Source of the DNA: Chiloscyllium plagiosum
Taxonomy: Eukaryota
DNA: 52,373 nt
Assembly (NCBI RefSeq): GCF_004010195.1
Contig: NC_057754.1
Coordinates: forward strand, 8,294,360-8,346,732
Reading direction: 5' to 3'
Shown here: positions 48,478-52,373 of the stretch, piece after piece
How positions within the stretch are numbered: the first letter of the stretch is position 1
How the letters are laid out: each line of letters starts with the position of its first letter
Translations under genes and position numbers: made by a program
The notes under the pieces: model-generated
The model's input: the letters and a program-made list of their open reading frames with translations, nothing else
Databases searched by the model: none
Told to the model about the DNA's origin: nothing

Positions 48478-49240
48478 AAATGTGCGCAGTTTTGGGCCCC
48501 ATATCCCAGGAAGGATGTACTGGCCCTGGTGCTCAGAGGAGGTTCACGAGAATGGCCCCAGGAATGAAACAGCTTAACATAGGAGGAACGTTTGAGGTGA
48601 ATACTCGATGGGGTTTCGAGGGATGAGGTGGGGGGGGATCTAATTGATTCAAACAGAATACTGAATGGCCTGGACAGAGTGGATGTTGGGAAGATGTCTC
48701 CTTTGGTAGGAGAGACTAGGACCTGAGGGCACAGCCTTCGAGTAAAGGGAAGACCCTTTAGAACGGAGATAAGGAGAAACGTCTTCAGCCAGAGAGCGGG
48801 GAATCTATGGAATTCACTGCCACAGAAGGCTGTGGAGGCCAGGTCACTGAGTATATTTAAGACGGAGACAGATAGGCTCTTGATTGTCGAGGGGATCAAG
48901 GATTACAGTGAGAAAGCTGGAAACTGAGGTTGAGAAACTTATCAGAGCTGAAAATGTGTTGCTGGAAAAGTGCAGCAGGTCAGGCAGCATCCAGGGAACA
49001 GGAGAATCGACGTTTCGGGCATAAGCCCTTCCTGAAGAAGGGCTTATGCCCGAAACGTCGATTCTCCTGTTCCTTGGATGCTGCCTGACCTGCTGCGCTT
49101 TTCCAGCATCACATTTTCAGCTCTGATCTCCAGCATCTGCAGACCTCACTTTCTCCTGAGAAACTTATCAGCCAGGATTGAATGGTGGAGCTAACCTGAT
49201 GGGCTGAATGGCCTAATTTCTATGTCTCATGGTCTTATGA
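48478..49240 (+). mobile_element. CR1-like LINE 3' fragment, interrupted at 48946-49156
   Basis: gaggaggttcacgagaatg..gggaatctatggaattcactgccacagaaggctgtggaggcc; tail gggctgaatggcctaatttctatgtct resumes after the insert. Confidence 0.88.
48946..49156. mobile_element. Fold-back PLE-derived element (family A) with a 15-bp TSD and a hammerhead motif at 49032-49059 (+)
   Basis: Inverted arms of about 85-90 bp; tgagaaacttatcag duplicated at 48931-48945 and 49157-49171; CTGAAGA A GGGC-TTAT-GCCC GAAACGTC. Confidence 0.92.
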
Positions 49241-49485
49241 ATCTTTGGAATTCTCAAACTCTGAGGAATGGGAACGTTCAGTCATTAAGTTCAAGAGAGA
49301 GTGAGCAGACAATGATCAGTAAACCAATGATACGACGGGATATGATGTCAGTGCGGGACAGTTGGACATGTGCTAGCATGGTGCGGCAGAGGGGCCGAAT
49401 GGGCCAGCTCTTCGCTTGCTGTGTTTGTAGCTCCGCCCACAGCGCGTGGTTCTGGATTAACTCCTCGTGTCCCTCTGTCTTTCAG

Positions 49486-49630
49486 ACGAACATCCCGTTC
49501 CTGCAGAATGTGCTCAGCAATGACCAGTTTCTGTACGGCGCTGTTGACACTCAATTCATCGACGAGAATCCTGACCTCATCCTCACGAGACCGGTGCAGA
49601 ACCGGGCACAGAAACTGCTCCATTTCCTCG
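49486..49630 (+). CDS. PC: Pyruvate carboxylase internal coding exon (end of biotin carboxylase domain / linker to PT domain)
   Basis: Translates as [48 protein letters not shown](G), matching the recalled vertebrate PC segment [49 protein letters not shown]. Acceptor ccctctgtctttcag ends at 49485, branch-like ttaac at 49457-49461, donor G|gtaaga at 49631. Length 145 bp, phase 0 to 1, as recalled for the human exon. Confidence 0.95.
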
Positions 49631-50769
49631 GTAAGACTCCCCGACCCTCCCCACCCCGGCTCATTCACCCCGTACTCCCACCCCCACCCCCAACCTCACC
49701 AGTTTGCCCTCTCTCGCAATCGCTTCCGGGATTCAGGGACAGGGAGAGGACGGAAACCTTCCGGTCGCAAAGCGGAATTCCAAGGAACGCCGGAGACCAG
49801 GAGAGCGTGGGAGAGGGAGCCGGCAGGATCAGCGAAGGAAGTGCGGAGCCAAGGAGGCAGGCAGAGTGAGGCACACCCACTGACAGGAGGACCGATGGGA
49901 CTAGGATAGACGGGGGCTCACAGAGACCAGCAATTCAGAGATCCCAGAGGATTGAACACGCTGGAGGGGGTGACAGAGATAGGGAGGGGGTGTAGGGGCT
50001 GGAGGGGGTTACAGAGATAGGGGGTGGTGTAGGGACTGGAAGGGGTTACAGGGATAGGGAGGGGGTTTTGGGACTGACAGAGTGAGACCTGGAAAGCCCA
50101 CTCCCCTCTGTACCAGGCGAAGCCACACGAATGGGTTTGGTGAACACGTAAGGAATTCTCATCCCTGAATCCCATCATTGAACCGTTGCTGTGGGTTATG
50201 TCTTTGTGCGAGTTCGGGAAGCTCCCGCGGGCGTACTGAGGCGAAGGATTTGCTGATATATCGAAAGCCTTATCCCTGAGGTGATGTGTACAGGGAACAG
50301 CAACGCCCCCTCTCACCCCCACCCCCACCCCCCCAACCCCCAAAGCTCCTCCTCCATCCCCTGCACTTCCGAAAGACAGGAAACAGGAGCGATTGTGATC
50401 CACTCAGCCCGTCGGGCCTGTGGTAGCGTTCAGTGAGAGTGTGACCTCTCGACCCCACTCCCCCAGTACTGCGAGGTGAGACGAGTTGCTGGTGATGATG
50501 GGAAGGAGCCTGAAACCGATCCACGGAGTCTCATTTGACCTCCGACCGCAGCCGGCTTGCATGTGGGGTTTGCTGCAGTGGTGGGGGGGGGTCAGGAACG
50601 GGGGTACAAAAGCAGGTCAGTGCTGGTTGCCAGAGCGCTGAACTGAAAGCTCCAAAAGTGCTGGAGAGCCTCAGCAGGTCTGGCAGCCTCAGTGGAAAGT
50701 GTCAGAAAACAAGAGTTAACTTCTCAGGTCAAATCCAAGATGGCTCCGGAACAGCCCTTTGACCTTCCC

Positions 50770-51030
50770 ATTTTAGGGTGAGAGGGGAAAGGTATGAAAG
50801 GGACGCAAGGCTCTATCTTGTAGAGGGTGGTGCGTGTGTGGAATGAGCTGCCAGAGGATGTGGTGGGGGCTGGTACAATTGCAACAGTTAAACGGTATCT
50901 GGATGGGTATGTGAATAGGAACGGGTTTAGAGGGATGTGGGCCAGGTGCTGGTAAACAGGACTAGATTAATTTCGGATATCTGGTTGGCATGGAGGTAAT
51001 GGACTGAAGAGCTGAACATCTCTATGAGTC
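50770..51030 (+). mobile_element. CR1-like LINE 3' end
   Basis: agggtggtgcgtgtgtggaatgagctgccagaggatgtggtg...tail. Confidence 0.85.
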
Positions 51031-52134
51031 TGTGTGTGCCCACATTTTGACAGTCCTATTTTTAGTGCGATGAGCTGAAAGGATGGTAGGCTAGTGCTGA
51101 TATTAAAAGCAATATAGCGTTTGGGAGGAGTGGGGGAAGTAGTGATAGCTCCTAAATTAGCCAAGGACCAAAACCAACAGCAGGAAGAACAGAGGGAATA
51201 ATTGAACGCCTGGGCACGGTGAATCATTGTGTGAAGCACAATGAGATGTTACACAGTGTAAAACAGCAACTCCACTCTCACAGGCAGAAAGGACTGATCT
51301 GCTCAGCCAAGCTCGCAGGTAAACTGGGTGGCAGACTGGGGCCACATTAATCATTCATTTCCAGTGACATTTTTAAACCTTAAATGATTACAGTCGGGCA
51401 CCTAAAAGTGAACAGAGAGCGTTGCTGCAGGCTATGTGCTGGGGGAGGAAGTTAAAGGAATTTAATTAACGGAGCAGCTTGGAAACTCTGAAACTTTCAC
51501 TAGTTGGTCCCCTGGGACAGCGTTCAGAGAAACATTTGAGAATCCTTCCTCCGGCAATGAGCTTCGTTCTTTTCCACTCTTTGGTTCCTTCTGCAATGCT
51601 CTCTCTCTCTCTCTCTGTCATCCCTTCTGTTCCAGCTTTCCCTCACTCCCTCACTAACCTCTACCTGCCACAATGTCTCTGCCTCCTTTTGTCATCCTCT
51701 TTCAAGTGTGTGTGTGTGTTTGTCTGTGAATCTGAATGTGTACATGTGTATGTATATGTGCGTGTCCGTGTCTGCCCGTCTTATCTATCTCCCTGTGTCT
51801 GTCCCTGTCCCTCTCTCTGTCCATCACTTGCGTGCGTGTGTGTATGTGAGTGAATGGGAGTACGTGTGTGTGAATGTGTAGGTGTGTGAGGCGGTACAAC
51901 AGCTCCTGGTCCTTCACCATCATGCACACCCTGCCCTCCCTAACAGCAGCATGCGTGTATCTACTCACCAAGGACAGTGGCTATTCAAGGAGCCAGCTCA
52001 CCACTAGCCACTTCAGGGGCCATTAGGAATGGGCAGGAAATGCTGGGCCCAGAAACCGATGCACAGATCCCATAAAAGAATGTAATGTCTCAAAGGTGGA
52101 ATTTGGATACCACATGACCTGCTTAAGTGGGACT

Positions 52135-52373
52135 CTCTCTATCCCAGTCTCTCACTCTCACTATCTCTCACGCTCTCTCTGTCCTGGTATATCTCAGTCT
52201 CTCACTCTCACTGTCTCTCGCACTCTCTGTCATGGTATATCTCAGTCTCTCACGCTCTCTCTGTCATGGTATACCTCAGTCTCTCACTCTCACTGTCTCT
52301 CACACTCTCACTGTCATGGTATACCTCAGTCTCTCACTCTCACTGTCTCTCACACTCTCTCTGTCATGGTATA
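52135..52373. repeat. About 50-bp CT-rich minisatellite
   Basis: (ctcagtctctcactctcactgtctctcacactctctctgtcatggtatac)n, running off the window end. Confidence 0.85.

Noticed and set aside
49222..49869. 215-aa ORF as a complete gene
   Set aside because: Only 49486-49630 matches PC and has splice sites; the flanks are intronic read-through.

Overview
This is vertebrate, repeat-rich intronic DNA, most likely from an elasmobranch (shark): it carries HE1-like V-SINEs, CR1/HER1-like LINEs and SacSINE1/Deu-like SINEs. Only one host coding exon can be supported: a 145-bp phase 0/1 internal exon of pyruvate carboxylase (PC) at 49486-49630 (+). I recognised no other PC exon, so most of the window is probably one very large PC intron. 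In human, the orthologous intron hosts LRFN4 antisense; no LRFN coding exon is visible here, but there is a candidate minus-strand non-coding exon at 4204-4485. The rest is CR1, Rex1/Babar and L2-like LINE remnants, three SINE families, SINE-derived minisatellites (53 bp and 33 bp), other minisatellites and microsatellites, and three N gaps. The most striking non-obvious signal is a set of Penelope-like element (PLE) remnants. They include GIY-YIG endonuclease fragments and short fold-back (palindromic) insertions with 12-15 bp target-site duplications, whose arms carry minimal hammerhead-ribozyme cores (CUGAnGA-stem II-GAAACGUC). Family names come from recalled consensus sequences, not database searches, and repeat boundaries are approximate.
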